DNA of 64,000 bases from Bacillota bacterium (GCA_050260675.1 JBLNCN010000005.1:109347-173346), one strand, 5' to 3'. Positions 1 to 10,131 are shown, numbered from the stretch's first letter. Numbers and translations: made by a program. The notes: generated by a model not told the origin, from the sequence alone.

Positions 1-897
1 CTCCTGGACCGCCCGGGGGCACCTGGTGTGGAAGGCGCAACCGGAAGGCGGGTTCAGCGGGCTGGGCACGTCGCCCTCCAGCACGATCCGCTGCTTCTTG
101 ACAGCCGGATCGGGGATGGGGATAGCGGACAAGAGGGCGACCGTATAGGGGTGGAGCGGCGAAGCATACAGATCGCGCTTCGATGCCAGTTCGACCATGC
201 GTCCCAGGTACATGACCCCCACCCTGTCTGAGATGTGCTGCACGACAGACAGGTTGTGGGCGATGAAGAGATAGGTCAGGCCAAACTGGTCCTGGAGGTC
301 CGATAGGAGGTTCAGGATCTGGGACTGGATCGACACGTCCAGGGCTGAGACCGGTTCGTCGCAGACCACGAGTTTCGGTTGGAGCGCCAGCGCCCGGGCG
401 ATGCCGATCCGCTGCCTCTGGCCGCCGGAAAACTCATGAGGATACCGCCGCGCGTGATAGGGCGCCAGGCCGACCACCTCAAGGAGCTCTTCGACTCTCG
501 CCGCCCGCTCCTTGCCTGCCGCCAATCCGTGTATCGTCAACCCCTCACCGACGATGTCTCCCACGGTCATCCTCGCGTTGAGGGAGCCGTAGGGGTCCTG
601 GAAGATGATCTGCATCTCACGGCGAAGCCGCCGCAGCTCATCCCGATCGCAGGACAAAACGTCCTTGCCCGAGAAGGTCACGCTGCCGCCGGTCGGCTCT
701 ATGAGGCGCAGGATGCAGCGGCCGGTCGTCGTCTTGCCGCAACCGCTCTCACCCACCAGGCCCAGGGTTTCTCCGGGGTAGATCCCGAAGGACACGCCGT
801 CTACGGCCTTCGCCCAGTTCTTGACCTTCGAGAAGCCCCCTCCCCTTACCGGGAAGTATTTCTTTAAGCCTTCTACCTCAAGAAGGTGTTCCGCCAC
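1..897 (-). CDS. oppF: Oligopeptide/dipeptide ABC transporter ATP-binding protein (OppF/AppF-like), 3' end runs off window
   Basis: Manual translation from GTG at 897: [19 protein letters not shown]...[12 protein letters not shown] (Walker A)...EFSGGQRQR...[17 protein letters not shown]...[15 protein letters not shown]. Not in the supplied ORF track because the stop lies outside the window. Confidence 0.93.
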   Translation of the reverse strand, partial: MAEHLLEVEGLKKYFPVRGGGFSKVKNWAKAVDGVSFGIYPGETLGLVGESGCGKTTTGRCILRLIEPTGGSVTFSGKDVLSCDRDELRRLRREMQIIFQDPYGSLNARMTVGDIVGEGLTIHGLAAGKERAARVEELLEVVGLAPYHARRYPHEFSGGQRQRIGIARALALQPKLVVCDEPVSALDVSIQSQILNLLSDLQDQFGLTYLFIAHNLSVVQHISDRVGVMYLGRMVELASKRDLYASPLHPYTVALLSAIPIPDPAVKKQRIVLEGDVPSPLNPPSGCAFHTRCPRAVQE

Positions 898-898
898 G

Positions 899-1906
899 TC
901 ACATCACCTTCCCTTGATCGTCCAGCGGATGGTGGCAACGCACTCTGTGAACTCCTTGCACGGTTGTCATATCGGGCTCCGTCTTGCGGCATAGGTCCGA
1001 TGCGAACTTGCACCGGTTGTTGAACTTGCAGCCGGGCGGCGCGAACATAGGGTTTGGCACCGTGCCGGGGATGACGTGGAGCCGCTCTACCGTCCTGTCC
1101 AGCCGCGGTGTGGAGCTTAAGAGGCCGTGGGTGTACGGGTGCCGCGGGTGGTGGAATATCCCCAGACAGAGGCCCTCTTCCACCACCTTGCCCATGTACA
1201 TGACCGCTACCCTGTCCGCCATCTCGGCGATGACGCCCAGGTCGTGGGTGATCAGCATAATGGAAGCGCCGGTGCGCTGGCGGAGGGACTTCATGACCTC
1301 CAGGATCTGAGCCTGGATCGTTACGTCGAGGGCCGTGGTGGGCTCGTCGGCGATGAGCAGCCGGGGAGCGCAGGCAAGCGCCATAGCGATCATGACTCTT
1401 TGGCGCATGCCGCCCGAAAGCTCATGGGGGTACTGGCGGACGCGCTTCCCTGGTTCGGGGATACCTACGGAGTGCAGGAGTTCCACCGCCTGGGCCATGC
1501 CCTGCTCCCTTGTCTGCCCCTGGTGATACTGGAGTACCTCGCTTATCTGGTCGCCAATGGTGTACACGGGGTTAAGGCTCGTCATGGGTTCTTGGAAGAT
1601 CATCCCCATCTTGCTTCCACGAAGGCGCCGCATCTCTTCAGGGCTCTTCGTCAAGAGGTCCTCTCCCTCGAAGATGATCTCTCCACCCTCGATGCGGCCG
1701 GGGGGCCAAGGAATGAGCCCCATCACGGAGAACGCAGTGACGCTCTTGCCGCATCCCGACTCGCCCACAACTCCCAGGGTTTCCCCCGGGTATATGGATA
1801 GAGAAACGCCCCGGAGCGCCGGGTTTCTTCCGTCGCTTGTGTAGAAAACCGTCTCCAGGTCCTTTACTTCAAGGAGCGGCCTCTGTACATCGTAAGTCCA
1901 ATCCAC
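899..1906 (-). CDS. oppD: Oligopeptide ABC transporter ATP-binding protein (OppD/AppD)
   Basis: GESGCGKS Walker A, LSGGMRQR signature, [11 protein letters not shown] Walker B, C-terminal HPYT...[10 protein letters not shown] domain. Confidence 0.95.
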   Translation of the reverse strand: MDWTYDVQRPLLEVKDLETVFYTSDGRNPALRGVSLSIYPGETLGVVGESGCGKSVTAFSVMGLIPWPPGRIEGGEIIFEGEDLLTKSPEEMRRLRGSKMGMIFQEPMTSLNPVYTIGDQISEVLQYHQGQTREQGMAQAVELLHSVGIPEPGKRVRQYPHELSGGMRQRVMIAMALACAPRLLIADEPTTALDVTIQAQILEVMKSLRQRTGASIMLITHDLGVIAEMADRVAVMYMGKVVEEGLCLGIFHHPRHPYTHGLLSSTPRLDRTVERLHVIPGTVPNPMFAPPGCKFNNRCKFASDLCRKTEPDMTTVQGVHRVRCHHPLDDQGKVM

Positions 1907-1927
1907 CTTGATCCGGCCCTCCCTTCG

Positions 1928-2833
1928 CTAGTCCTTTAGCCGGGGGTCGAGCGCGTCCCGCAGCCCGTCACCCACGTAGTTGAAAGAAAGCACTGTCAGG
2001 AAAATGAACAGACCTGGGAAGATCATGAGGTGTGGCGCCTGCAGAAGGTAGTGGCGACCCGTATTGATGATGCTGCCCCAGCTTGGGAACGGCTCCTGTA
2101 CCCCGATGCCTAGGAACGAGAGGCTTGACTCCGCCAGGATGGCTCCGCTAATGCGCAGAGTGGCCGACACAATGACAGGAGCCATAGCGTTGGGCAGGAT
2201 GTGGCGGAAGATGATCCGCGCGTCGCTGGCCCCGAGAGCCCTTGCAGACTCGGTGAACTCCTGTTCCCTCAGGGAGAGGATCTGGCCCCGCACCATGCGG
2301 GCTAGGCCGGGCCAGGACGTTATCCCAATCACCAGCATGATGTTGAAAATGCTCCGCTCCACAATGCTGATGATTGTGAGGAGCAGGAAGAACGTCGGGA
2401 ACGCCATGACTATCTCGGTTGCGCGCATGAGCAGGTTGTCGATCCTGCCGCCGAAGTAGCCCGCGATGGAGCCGATAACGGTGCCAAGCGCCACAGAGAC
2501 GCCTGCAGCCACAAAGCCCACCGCCAGGCTTATCCGCGCGCCCCACAAGATGCGGCTATAGACGTCGCGTCCAACGTTGTCGGTGCCCATGAGGTGTTCC
2601 CTTGACGGCGCGAGGAGCTTGTTTGGCGGGTCTACATCCTGGTAGTCATGGGTTGCCAGGAACGGCGCCAGAATGGCTATGGAGTACATGAAAACGAGCA
2701 CGCAGAGGCCCAACATGGCCAGCTTGTGCTTCTTGAACCGTCGCCAAACCATTCGAGAGTAGCTCTCGGTCTTTGGAGTGAGCGCTTCTCCGCCGAAGTT
2801 CTCTGCGGGCGCCTGCATGTAGTTTTGGGACAT
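1928..2833 (-). CDS. oppC: Oligopeptide ABC transporter permease (OppC/AppC)
   Basis: HLMGTDNVGRDVYSR, EAA loop EFTESARALGAS, HILPN, GDGLRDALDP. Confidence 0.95.
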   Translation of the reverse strand: MSQNYMQAPAENFGGEALTPKTESYSRMVWRRFKKHKLAMLGLCVLVFMYSIAILAPFLATHDYQDVDPPNKLLAPSREHLMGTDNVGRDVYSRILWGARISLAVGFVAAGVSVALGTVIGSIAGYFGGRIDNLLMRATEIVMAFPTFFLLLTIISIVERSIFNIMLVIGITSWPGLARMVRGQILSLREQEFTESARALGASDARIIFRHILPNAMAPVIVSATLRISGAILAESSLSFLGIGVQEPFPSWGSIINTGRHYLLQAPHLMIFPGLFIFLTVLSFNYVGDGLRDALDPRLKD

Positions 2834-2848
2834 TCCGCGGCGCCCCCT

Positions 2849-3820
2849 CTACGAGTACTTGATCCGGGGGTCTACCACTACGTACAGGATGTCGGCGAGA
2901 AGGTTGCCCAACACCATTAGCGTAGCCCCGATCATGTTCATAGCCATTACTATTTGGTAGTCCCTTTGGAAGATGGCCCTCATCGAGAGTAGGCCAACTC
3001 CGGGCCATGAGAAGATCGTTTCAATGACCACAAGGCCGCCGAACAGGGCCGGAAGTTCGCCTCCGATAAGCGTGACGATGGGCAGAAGCGCGTTGCGCAG
3101 AGCGTGCTTCACGGTGACGATCCTCTCGGGAAGCCCCTTCGCTCTGGCTGTACGCACGTAGTCCTGCCGGATGACTTCGAGCATGCTCGATCTCATGTAC
3201 CTCGCCACGCTGGCGATGCTGCCGAAAGATACCACGATGGCGGGCATCACCAGGTACTTGGTCCGGTCAAGGACGGTAGCCCAGAATCCGGCGGTGCGGA
3301 CGTTCAGGCCTATGGTGCCGATGCCCGCGATTGGCAGCCAGTCCAGCTTTAGTCCAAACGTGTATATGAGCAGGAGCCCAAAGAAGAACGCCGGCATGGC
3401 CTGGCCGATGAAGGCCATGAAAGTTACGGCGTGGTCGAACCAGGAGTACTGTCGAAGGGCCGATATGATGCCTACCGGTATGGCGATGGCGTAGATGATG
3501 ATTATGGTCACCAGGTTTAGGTAGATTGTGTACGGCAAGCGTTCAAGGATGGATTTGATGACCGGCTGCCCGTCGACAAAGGACTTACCGAAGTCGCCGC
3601 GGATGACCTGTGACAGCCAGCGGAAATACTGCACATAGATGGGATCGTCCAGCCCGTAGATGGCCCGGATGCGCGCCCGGTCTTCCGCCGTCGCGTTTCG
3701 TTCGGTGAGCAGATCGACAGGGTCTCCCGGGGCCAGGTGCATGATCCCGAAGTTTATGATGGAGATCCCGATTAGCAGAGGTATTATCTGCAATGCCCGT
3801 CGAGCCAAGTAGCTGGACAC
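2849..3820 (-). CDS. oppB: Oligopeptide ABC transporter permease (OppB/AppB)
   Basis: HLAPGDP, YGLDDP, DYVRTARAKGL, KHALRNA, LADILYVVVDPRI. Start placed at GTG 3820 (ORF track extends to 3838). Confidence 0.95.
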   Translation of the reverse strand: MSSYLARRALQIIPLLIGISIINFGIMHLAPGDPVDLLTERNATAEDRARIRAIYGLDDPIYVQYFRWLSQVIRGDFGKSFVDGQPVIKSILERLPYTIYLNLVTIIIIYAIAIPVGIISALRQYSWFDHAVTFMAFIGQAMPAFFFGLLLIYTFGLKLDWLPIAGIGTIGLNVRTAGFWATVLDRTKYLVMPAIVVSFGSIASVARYMRSSMLEVIRQDYVRTARAKGLPERIVTVKHALRNALLPIVTLIGGELPALFGGLVVIETIFSWPGVGLLSMRAIFQRDYQIVMAMNMIGATLMVLGNLLADILYVVVDPRIKYS

Positions 3821-3839
3821 TCGCGCTCTCTCCCTCAAA

Positions 3840-3879
3840 GTCCGGACCGGGCAGGGGCTTCCCCGTGTCCGGTCCGGAC
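3840..3879. other. Strong intergenic hairpin between oppA and oppB (probable mRNA stabiliser or partial terminator)
   Basis: 11-bp perfect inverted repeat GTCCGGACCGG (3840-3850) / CCGGTCCGGAC (3869-3879) enclosing GGGG-CTT-CCCC; no clear U-tract. Confidence 0.6.
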
Positions 3880-3924
3880 GACTCTGCGTGAGATGCTCTT
3901 CAGAGCGTAACGCAGCCTTCGTTC

Positions 3925-5544
3925 TTACTTAACCACGTACCACTTCTCAGGATAGATGGGCCCGGTGGGCGCCCAGGTGACGCCCTGTACCTTCTTGCTC
4001 ATGGCCGCGGGGGCGTTGTTGGCATACAGGAAGATGTAGGGCAGCTCCTCGTTCACGATCTTCTGAGCGTTAACGTAGATCTGCTTCCGGGCTTCCTTGT
4101 CCATCTCCGTGCGGCCCTGTTCCAGGAGGGCGTCCAACTCGGCGTTCTTGAACTCGACGTCGTTGAAACCAACCAGGACGCCGTTTTCATCAACAGCCGC
4201 CGACGAGTGGAAGTACAGGTAGAAGTCAGGGTCGACGCCCAAAGACCAGCCGAGAGCGTACGACTCGAACTGCGCCTTGTCCAAGTACTGTGATACCAGG
4301 ACTGACCACTCGATGTATTCGACCTGGCAGTCAACACCGATGTCCTTCCAGTTCTTCTGGATGATTAGGAGGGCGGCTTCCAGGATTTTGTTTCCGGTCG
4401 ACGTGAGGAGTTTGAAGGTCAGCTTGTTGCCGTCCTTCTCGCGGATGCCGTCGGCTCCCACTTTCCAGCCGGCCTGATCCAGGAGCTGCTTTGCCTTCTC
4501 AGGGTCAAACTTGTACTCGTTCAGCTCGGCTCCCGCGTATGCCCACGAGACCGAGGGGAGATTGGCGTTCATGACCTCGCCGTAACCCCTAAGGACGTCG
4601 GTCACGACCTGCTGGCGGTTAGCTCCGTACATCAGGGCCTGGCGCACCAGCTTATCCGATAGGATCGGGTGGGTCTGCTTCAGGCCGATGTATGTGTACC
4701 CGTTCTGGGGAATGGGCTTGAACTCGTAGCGGTCCTTGAGGGATTGAGTGACCCTCTCGATGTCGTCGGGCGGGATAGAGCCCATGTAGTCGATGTCGCC
4801 CTTCTCAAGAGCGGCCAGCATTACCTGGTTGTCGCCGTAGAACTTCCAGATGACCTGCTCGATGTAGGGGCCTTCGCCGTAGTACTTATCGAAGGCTTTG
4901 AGCATGATGTACTGGTCTTTCTGCCACTCGACGTAGGTGTACGGGCCGGTCCCGATAGGGTTCATGTTCGCCGGGTGTTCCTTCATCTGTGCAATCGGCG
5001 TGCCTTCGAAGATATGCTTCGGCAGGATGCCGATCCCGAGTTTTGTGAGGAGCGGCGCGTAGGGTTCCTTCAACTTGAGCACTACTGTGTTCTCATCAGG
5101 AGTCTCGATGCTCTCAACCGGCTTGAAATCGGTCTTCCGTACGCCGGTGTAGTCCTCGTGCTTGATTGCATCGTAGGTGTACTTGACGTCAGCGGAAGTG
5201 AACTTCTGGCCGTCGTGCCAGAACACGTTCTTCTTGAGAGTGAAGGTCCAGGTGAGGCCGTCGGGGGAGAACTCCCACTTTTCCGCCAGGTCTCCGACCA
5301 TCTCAAGGTTCTCGTTGACTCTCACCAAACCGCTATATACGCGGCTGATGATCTGATTCGAAGGAACGTCGGTCGACAGGATGGGGTTGAAGACGACAGG
5401 GTTGCCGGTCATGCCGAAGGTGATGGTGCCGCCCTTCGTAGGCGCGTTCTTTGATCCCGTCCCTCCGGCGGCCGGACCGCACGCTGTGGCAAATAACGCA
5501 AGCGCCACCAGCGCAATCGCGATCACGGCATGTATCTTTCGCAC
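3925..5544 (-). CDS. oppA: Peptide ABC transporter substrate-binding lipoprotein (family 5, AppA/OppA-like)
   Basis: GTG start at 5544 after GGAGGAGG; lipobox ...ALFATACG; GDLAEKWEFSPDGLTWTFTLKKNVFWHDG family-5 signature; PIGTGPY. Confidence 0.93.
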   Translation of the reverse strand: MRKIHAVIAIALVALALFATACGPAAGGTGSKNAPTKGGTITFGMTGNPVVFNPILSTDVPSNQIISRVYSGLVRVNENLEMVGDLAEKWEFSPDGLTWTFTLKKNVFWHDGQKFTSADVKYTYDAIKHEDYTGVRKTDFKPVESIETPDENTVVLKLKEPYAPLLTKLGIGILPKHIFEGTPIAQMKEHPANMNPIGTGPYTYVEWQKDQYIMLKAFDKYYGEGPYIEQVIWKFYGDNQVMLAALEKGDIDYMGSIPPDDIERVTQSLKDRYEFKPIPQNGYTYIGLKQTHPILSDKLVRQALMYGANRQQVVTDVLRGYGEVMNANLPSVSWAYAGAELNEYKFDPEKAKQLLDQAGWKVGADGIREKDGNKLTFKLLTSTGNKILEAALLIIQKNWKDIGVDCQVEYIEWSVLVSQYLDKAQFESYALGWSLGVDPDFYLYFHSSAAVDENGVLVGFNDVEFKNAELDALLEQGRTEMDKEARKQIYVNAQKIVNEELPYIFLYANNAPAAMSKKVQGVTWAPTGPIYPEKWYVVK

Positions 5545-5794
5545 TAGGGTTCCTCCTCCCGGACTCATGTACTGGACTCGAACAGACTCTTCTCGCATGT
5601 TCGTAAGTCTAGCACTTTGCGGAGTTGTGGTAAACCCACTCTAGTGGATTTTTATACATATGCGGAGGGCGTTAGAACTCTAGAAGTGTTTTCCTGAATG
5701 GGCGGAATTGTATATGCATACCGACAGTGGACGCGCGCACCGCTGCTTCGTTAGTTGGGGTTGGATTAGGAACTTACGCAGGCGAGCAACACGC

Positions 5795-5827
5795 AAAATG
5801 GAACCGGGGTCCCGAGAGGGACCCCGG
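5795..5827 (-). terminator. Intrinsic terminator downstream of flagellin
   Basis: 10-bp stem CCGGGGTCCC-(4 nt)-GGGACCCCGG at 5804-5827, followed on the minus strand by TTCCATTTT. Confidence 0.75.
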
Positions 5828-5881
5828 CGTTGTACTCGTAGCGGTTCGGTTCTTCGAATCCCGGTTCCTATGCCGCCTCGA

Positions 5882-6700
5882 TTAGCCGAGCAGCTTCAGG
5901 ACCGACTGGGTGCTGACGTTGGCCTGGGCCAGCATCGCGGTACCGGCCTGCTGCAGGATCTGGTGCCGCGTGAAGTTGGCCATCTCCAGCGCCATGTCGA
6001 CGTCTCTGATTCGGGAGTTCGCGGCGCTCAGGTTCTCAGCAGCCGCCTGGAGGTTGTTGATCGTGTGCTCTAGACGGTTCTGGTAGGCGCCCAATTTGGC
6101 CCTTTCCTCAGAGACAGAGTTGATGGCGGCATCTATCGTTCCGACCGTCAGCTCGGCGTTTGCAACTGTGTCGACCAACAGGTTCGCAGCTTCAACGCTT
6201 AGCGCCGCTCCCTGCATGTCACCTATGGTGATCGCAAAGTGGTCTGCGGTTGTGTCCGGGCCGACCAGAATGCTTCCGGCGAACGATCCGTCAAGGAGCG
6301 TGGTGCCGTTGAATTTGGTGGAGTCCGCGATCCTCTGGACTTCCAGGGCCAGCTCGTCTAGCTCCGCCTTGATGGCGTCGCGGTCCTCGGTCGCCAGAGT
6401 TGACGAGGCGCCTTGGCTCGCCAGCTCGCGCATCCTCTGGAGGATGCTGTGGGTCTCATTCAGAGCGCCTTCTGCGGTCTGGATGAGCGAGATACCGTCC
6501 TGGGCGTTGCGGGCGCCCATGTTGAGGCCGCCGATCTGAGCCTTCATCTTCTCCGAGATAGCAAGCCCGGCTGCGTCGTCAGCAGCTTTGTTGATCCTGT
6601 AGCCTGAGGAGAGCTTCTCGAGGGACTTGGCCATGAGGTTGCCGGTTACCGAAAGGTTCTTCCAGGAGTTCAAGGCACTGATGTTGGTGTTGATACGCAT
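5882..6700 (-). CDS. hag: Flagellin (272 aa, minimal variable domain)
   Basis: MRINTNISAL...KLSSGYRINKAADDAAGLAISEKM N-terminus and LGAYQNRLEHTINNL...RIRDVDMALEM...QSVLKLLG C-terminus; ATG 6700 preceded by GGAGG. Confidence 0.97.
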   Translation of the reverse strand: MRINTNISALNSWKNLSVTGNLMAKSLEKLSSGYRINKAADDAAGLAISEKMKAQIGGLNMGARNAQDGISLIQTAEGALNETHSILQRMRELASQGASSTLATEDRDAIKAELDELALEVQRIADSTKFNGTTLLDGSFAGSILVGPDTTADHFAITIGDMQGAALSVEAANLLVDTVANAELTVGTIDAAINSVSEERAKLGAYQNRLEHTINNLQAAAENLSAANSRIRDVDMALEMANFTRHQILQQAGTAMLAQANVSTQSVLKLLG

Positions 6701-6709
6701 CTTGTTGTC

Positions 6710-6748
6710 ATACCTCCCTGTATTCTTGGGCCCGCGTCCTTGCGGGCC
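6710..6748 (-). promoter_or_regulatory. Two CsrA-binding sites in the flagellin 5' UTR
   Basis: Hairpin GGCCCGC-AAGGAC-GCGGGCC (6729-6748) with GGA in the loop, plus CAGGGAGG overlapping the Shine-Dalgarno; same layout as the Bacillus subtilis hag leader. Confidence 0.75.
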
Positions 6749-6818
6749 TTCGACTTGCATCTCGCCTCCGGGGCGCCGTCCGGACCTTACGAGGCGCAAG
6801 CCTTTGTTTACACTGTCC

Positions 6819-6845
6819 TTATCGTCACGACTCGTGCCGCTTTCA
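6819..6845 (-). promoter_or_regulatory. Sigma-28 (SigD/FliA)-type promoter of flagellin
   Basis: TGAA-N15-GACGATAA versus consensus TAAA-N15-GCCGATA(A/T). Confidence 0.65.
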
Positions 6846-6887
6846 TAGCATCCGTTGGCAAATGAGACTAAAGTCCTATTGGGAGTC

Positions 6888-8054
6888 CTATAGGGGGGAC
6901 TCCTCCAGGCGGGAAATGCAGTCGCCTAGCAGGGAGTCTATTTCCAGAGCGGACTCGGCTTCCCGGACCTCGGTCAGGTTGGGCTTGATCGCGGGATGCC
7001 TCGGCACAAACACCGTGCAGCAGTCTTCGTAGGGCAGGACCGACAGGTCGTATGTGCCGATATGCCTGGCCAAATCGATGGTCTCCACTTTGTTGAAGCA
7101 GACGAGAGGCCGTATGACAGGGACTGTCGCTGCGTCCTGGATGGCGGCCAGGCTCTCCAAGGTCTGACTGGCGACTTGGCCGATGTTCTCGCCGGTGAAG
7201 ATGGCCAGCGCCCCAATCTTGGGCGCCAGGCGAGACGCTACTCTCATCATCATCCTGCGCATTATGGTAACCCGGAGCTTCTCGGGGCACCTTTCCATGA
7301 TGGCGGTCTGGATGTCCGTGAAATGGGCGATGTGCAGCCTTAGGCGCGGGTTGTACTCCCGAAGGACCTGGGCGAGCTTTATTACCTTTTCTTTGGCGCG
7401 CTCGCCCGTCAACGGGAAACTCCAAAAATGTAGGGCGTCGACGGCCACGCCTCGCTTCATGGCCATGTACCCAGCCACAGGGCTGTCTATCCCTCCGGAT
7501 AGCAGCAGTAGGCCCTTGCCTCCTGTCCCGATGGGAAGCCCGCCGGGTCCAGGGACCTCATCCACGTACAGGTACACGCCTTCTTCCCTTACCTCGACGT
7601 TCAGGTTGAAAGAGGGATCGTGAACGTCAACCGATACGTCGGGGCACCTTTCCAACACTGCCCTTCCTAGTTCCTGGTTGATCTCAGGCGAGGTGAGGGG
7701 GAAGGACTTGTCCGAGCGGCGGGCATTCACTTTGAAGGTGCGGGGGCCGGTCCTGAATGCGGCCGCATCACGGCAAACCTGGGCAGCGTGCTGCTTCATG
7801 AGGTCCATATCCTGCTCGATGCGGCGCGCGAGGCTCACACCCACCACGCCGGGTATTCGCGCGACCCGGTGCAGCGCCTTTTCGGGCGACGTCAAGCCCG
7901 ATATGTACACCCGGCCGTGGGTGCGTTCGACCCTCGCCGCTGGCTCCTCCCTAACCGCAAAGCGGAGGTGCCGGACCAAGGCCTCCTCAAAAGACGACCG
8001 GTTGTCACCCTTGAGCCCTATCTCACCGTACCTTACCAGGAGCACTTCCTGCAC
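6888..8054 (-). CDS. thiI: tRNA 4-thiouridine synthase ThiI (no rhodanese domain)
   Basis: RYGEIGLKGDNR N-terminus, THUMP domain, LLSGGIDSPVA PP-loop, GENIGQVASQT, EDCC. Confidence 0.95.
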   Translation of the reverse strand: MQEVLLVRYGEIGLKGDNRSSFEEALVRHLRFAVREEPAARVERTHGRVYISGLTSPEKALHRVARIPGVVGVSLARRIEQDMDLMKQHAAQVCRDAAAFRTGPRTFKVNARRSDKSFPLTSPEINQELGRAVLERCPDVSVDVHDPSFNLNVEVREEGVYLYVDEVPGPGGLPIGTGGKGLLLLSGGIDSPVAGYMAMKRGVAVDALHFWSFPLTGERAKEKVIKLAQVLREYNPRLRLHIAHFTDIQTAIMERCPEKLRVTIMRRMMMRVASRLAPKIGALAIFTGENIGQVASQTLESLAAIQDAATVPVIRPLVCFNKVETIDLARHIGTYDLSVLPYEDCCTVFVPRHPAIKPNLTEVREAESALEIDSLLGDCISRLEESPL

Positions 8055-9228
8055 GTTCTCGCCTCCACGCCGAAAGTTCCGTGAGTGAATCCGAAAGCGC
8101 GTTTACTGCTTCATCCACATCCTCCGCCGTGGTGTACCTGGACATGGAGAAGCGGATGGCGCCAAGCGCTTCGTCCTCTCCCCGCCCCAAAGCCAGCACG
8201 ACGGGACTGGGTTTTGCCTTGTGGGCTGAGCACGCGGAACCGGTTGACACGAACACCCCCCGCTTTTCCAACGCGTGGAGGATGTTTTCGCCCCGGTAGC
8301 CCGGGAACGAGAAGTGGACAATGTAAGGCGCCACATCCTCTCCTTCGGGGCCGTGAAGGACCGCGTCTTCGGCGACACTACGTACGCCGTTCACGAGGCG
8401 CTCCCTCAACTTCGTGAGATTCTGCATTACCTCTACCCTGTCCTTGGCCCATAGGAGGCAGGCGGCCCGAAGGCCCGCTATACCCGGCATGTTCTCGGTA
8501 CCGGAGCGGAGCCCGCTTTCCTGCCCGCCGCCGTGGAGCAGAGGGGGCAACTCGAGCCCTTTTCTAATGAAGAGCGCTCCCACGCCTTTGGGGCCGTGTA
8601 TCTTGTGGCCCGATAGCGTGAGGAGGTCTATCCCCCAGGCCCCGACGTCAATGAGAAGGCGGGCAAACCCCTGGGTTGCGTCAACGTGGAAGCGAGGCCT
8701 TCTCCCCCTGATTGACGAAAGCTCCCGGCCGATTTCCTTAATGGGCTCGATGGTCCCGATCTCGTTCTGGACCATCATCACCGAGACCAACGCGGTCTTC
8801 GGGGTCACGGCATTAAGCACCGCGTCGGGGTCGACTCTCCCCTCCCCGTCTACGGGTATCAGCGTAACCTCGTACCCTGACTTGGACAGGTATTCCAGGG
8901 TGGCTCCCACCGATGGGTGCTCGACAGTCGTGGACACAATATGGCAGGAAGGTCCTCTCGCGGCGACGGTCCCGACGATGGCCCAGTTGTTCGCCTCAGT
9001 GCCTCCGGAAGTGAAGTAGACCTCTTCGTCCCTTGCTCCCAGGAGCGCGGCCACGCTCCTGCGCGCGTCCAGCACCAGTTCTTCTGCCCGAGACCCCAGC
9101 CGGTGGAGCGATGAAGGGTTTCCGTACTCCTCCGTAAGGACCTTGACCATGGCTTCGACTACCGAAGGATCAGGCTGGGTTGTTGATGAATTATCGAGAT
9201 AAACCATGTTTTTCGGTTCGCGCTTCAA
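8023..9228 (-). CDS. iscS: Cysteine desulfurase (IscS/NifS, group I)
   Basis: YLDNSSTT, YGNPSS, SGGTEANN, LSGHKIHGPKGVG (PLP Lys), RSGTEN, STGSACS (catalytic Cys). Confidence 0.95.
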   Translation of the reverse strand: MKREPKNMVYLDNSSTTQPDPSVVEAMVKVLTEEYGNPSSLHRLGSRAEELVLDARRSVAALLGARDEEVYFTSGGTEANNWAIVGTVAARGPSCHIVSTTVEHPSVGATLEYLSKSGYEVTLIPVDGEGRVDPDAVLNAVTPKTALVSVMMVQNEIGTIEPIKEIGRELSSIRGRRPRFHVDATQGFARLLIDVGAWGIDLLTLSGHKIHGPKGVGALFIRKGLELPPLLHGGGQESGLRSGTENMPGIAGLRAACLLWAKDRVEVMQNLTKLRERLVNGVRSVAEDAVLHGPEGEDVAPYIVHFSFPGYRGENILHALEKRGVFVSTGSACSAHKAKPSPVVLALGRGEDEALGAIRFSMSRYTTAEDVDEAVNALSDSLTELSAWRRERAGSAPGKVR

Positions 9229-9354
9229 AGCCTTGCCTCCTTGGGATTTGCCAGTCTCGCAGGCACGGCACTACCATGATAGCATGGTGTCTTGCTAAGA
9301 GAATGATTCGGCGCTGCCCTTCTTGGGGAGAGCCGTGAAGGGATGACTTAAGGC

Positions 9355-10113
9355 GTGAAACCGGACCCAGCGAGAGGGCTATACCCGCTGCTCGGGAGGG
9401 CTCTCTCCGACTACCGCATGATAGACACGGCTGAGCCGGTGCTCCTGGGCATATCAGGGGGCAAGGACAGCCTCATGATGGCTTACCTATTGAACGAGAT
9501 GCGCAACCGATCGCCGGTCAAGTTCACCCTGGTCGGACTTACCGTCGACCCTGGCGGCGAATCCGGGTTCACCGATGCCGAACTGGAGACCGTGCGGCTC
9601 TTCCTGGAAGGCATGGGCATCCCCTATCGCGTGGTGAGGACCAAGATAAACAGCATCATCCAGGGGCATCCCCAGGAAAGCGCCTGCTCGCTTTGCGCAA
9701 ACCTGCGCCGCGGCGCGATCTACAAGACCGCGAACGAGATGGGCATCCGTCGCGTGGCTCTCGCCCATCATCTGGACGACGCCATAGAGACCCTGTTCCT
9801 CAATATGTTCTACCAGTCCAGCCTCCGGTGCTTTGATCCCAAGACGTATCTCTCCCGCAGGGACGTGACTGCCATAAGGCCCCTGGTGTACATCCCTGAG
9901 AAGGATATCGTGAGGGTTTCACAGAGACTGGGACTGCCTGTCATCAAGACGCGGTGCCCGGTCGCCGGCACCACAAGGCGGCAGGAGATGAAGGCGGTTG
10001 TCAGCGATCTGTCGGCCAAAATACCGGCCTTCCGGAACCATTTGCGGAGCGTGCTCAAGCAAGTGTGGGCCCTGCAGCGGGCGGGCGATGAGCAATGTGA
10101 CCCTGAACAATAG
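9355..10113 (+). CDS. ttcA: tRNA 2-thiocytidine biosynthesis TtcA-family protein
   Basis: SGGKDS PP-loop, CSLCANLRRG, ALAHHLDDAIET, IRPL, CPVAG. Confidence 0.88.
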   Translation: MKPDPARGLYPLLGRALSDYRMIDTAEPVLLGISGGKDSLMMAYLLNEMRNRSPVKFTLVGLTVDPGGESGFTDAELETVRLFLEGMGIPYRVVRTKINSIIQGHPQESACSLCANLRRGAIYKTANEMGIRRVALAHHLDDAIETLFLNMFYQSSLRCFDPKTYLSRRDVTAIRPLVYIPEKDIVRVSQRLGLPVIKTRCPVAGTTRRQEMKAVVSDLSAKIPAFRNHLRSVLKQVWALQRAGDEQCDPEQ

Positions 10114-10131
10114 GAAGCAGAATGTCATCTC

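Noticed and set aside
5800-5870. tRNA-like element (GGAACCG...TTCGAATCCCGGTTCC)
   Set aside because: It has a 7-bp closing stem and TTCGAAT, but no 5-bp T-stem, D-arm or anticodon arm in the correct spacing. It is better explained as the terminator region.
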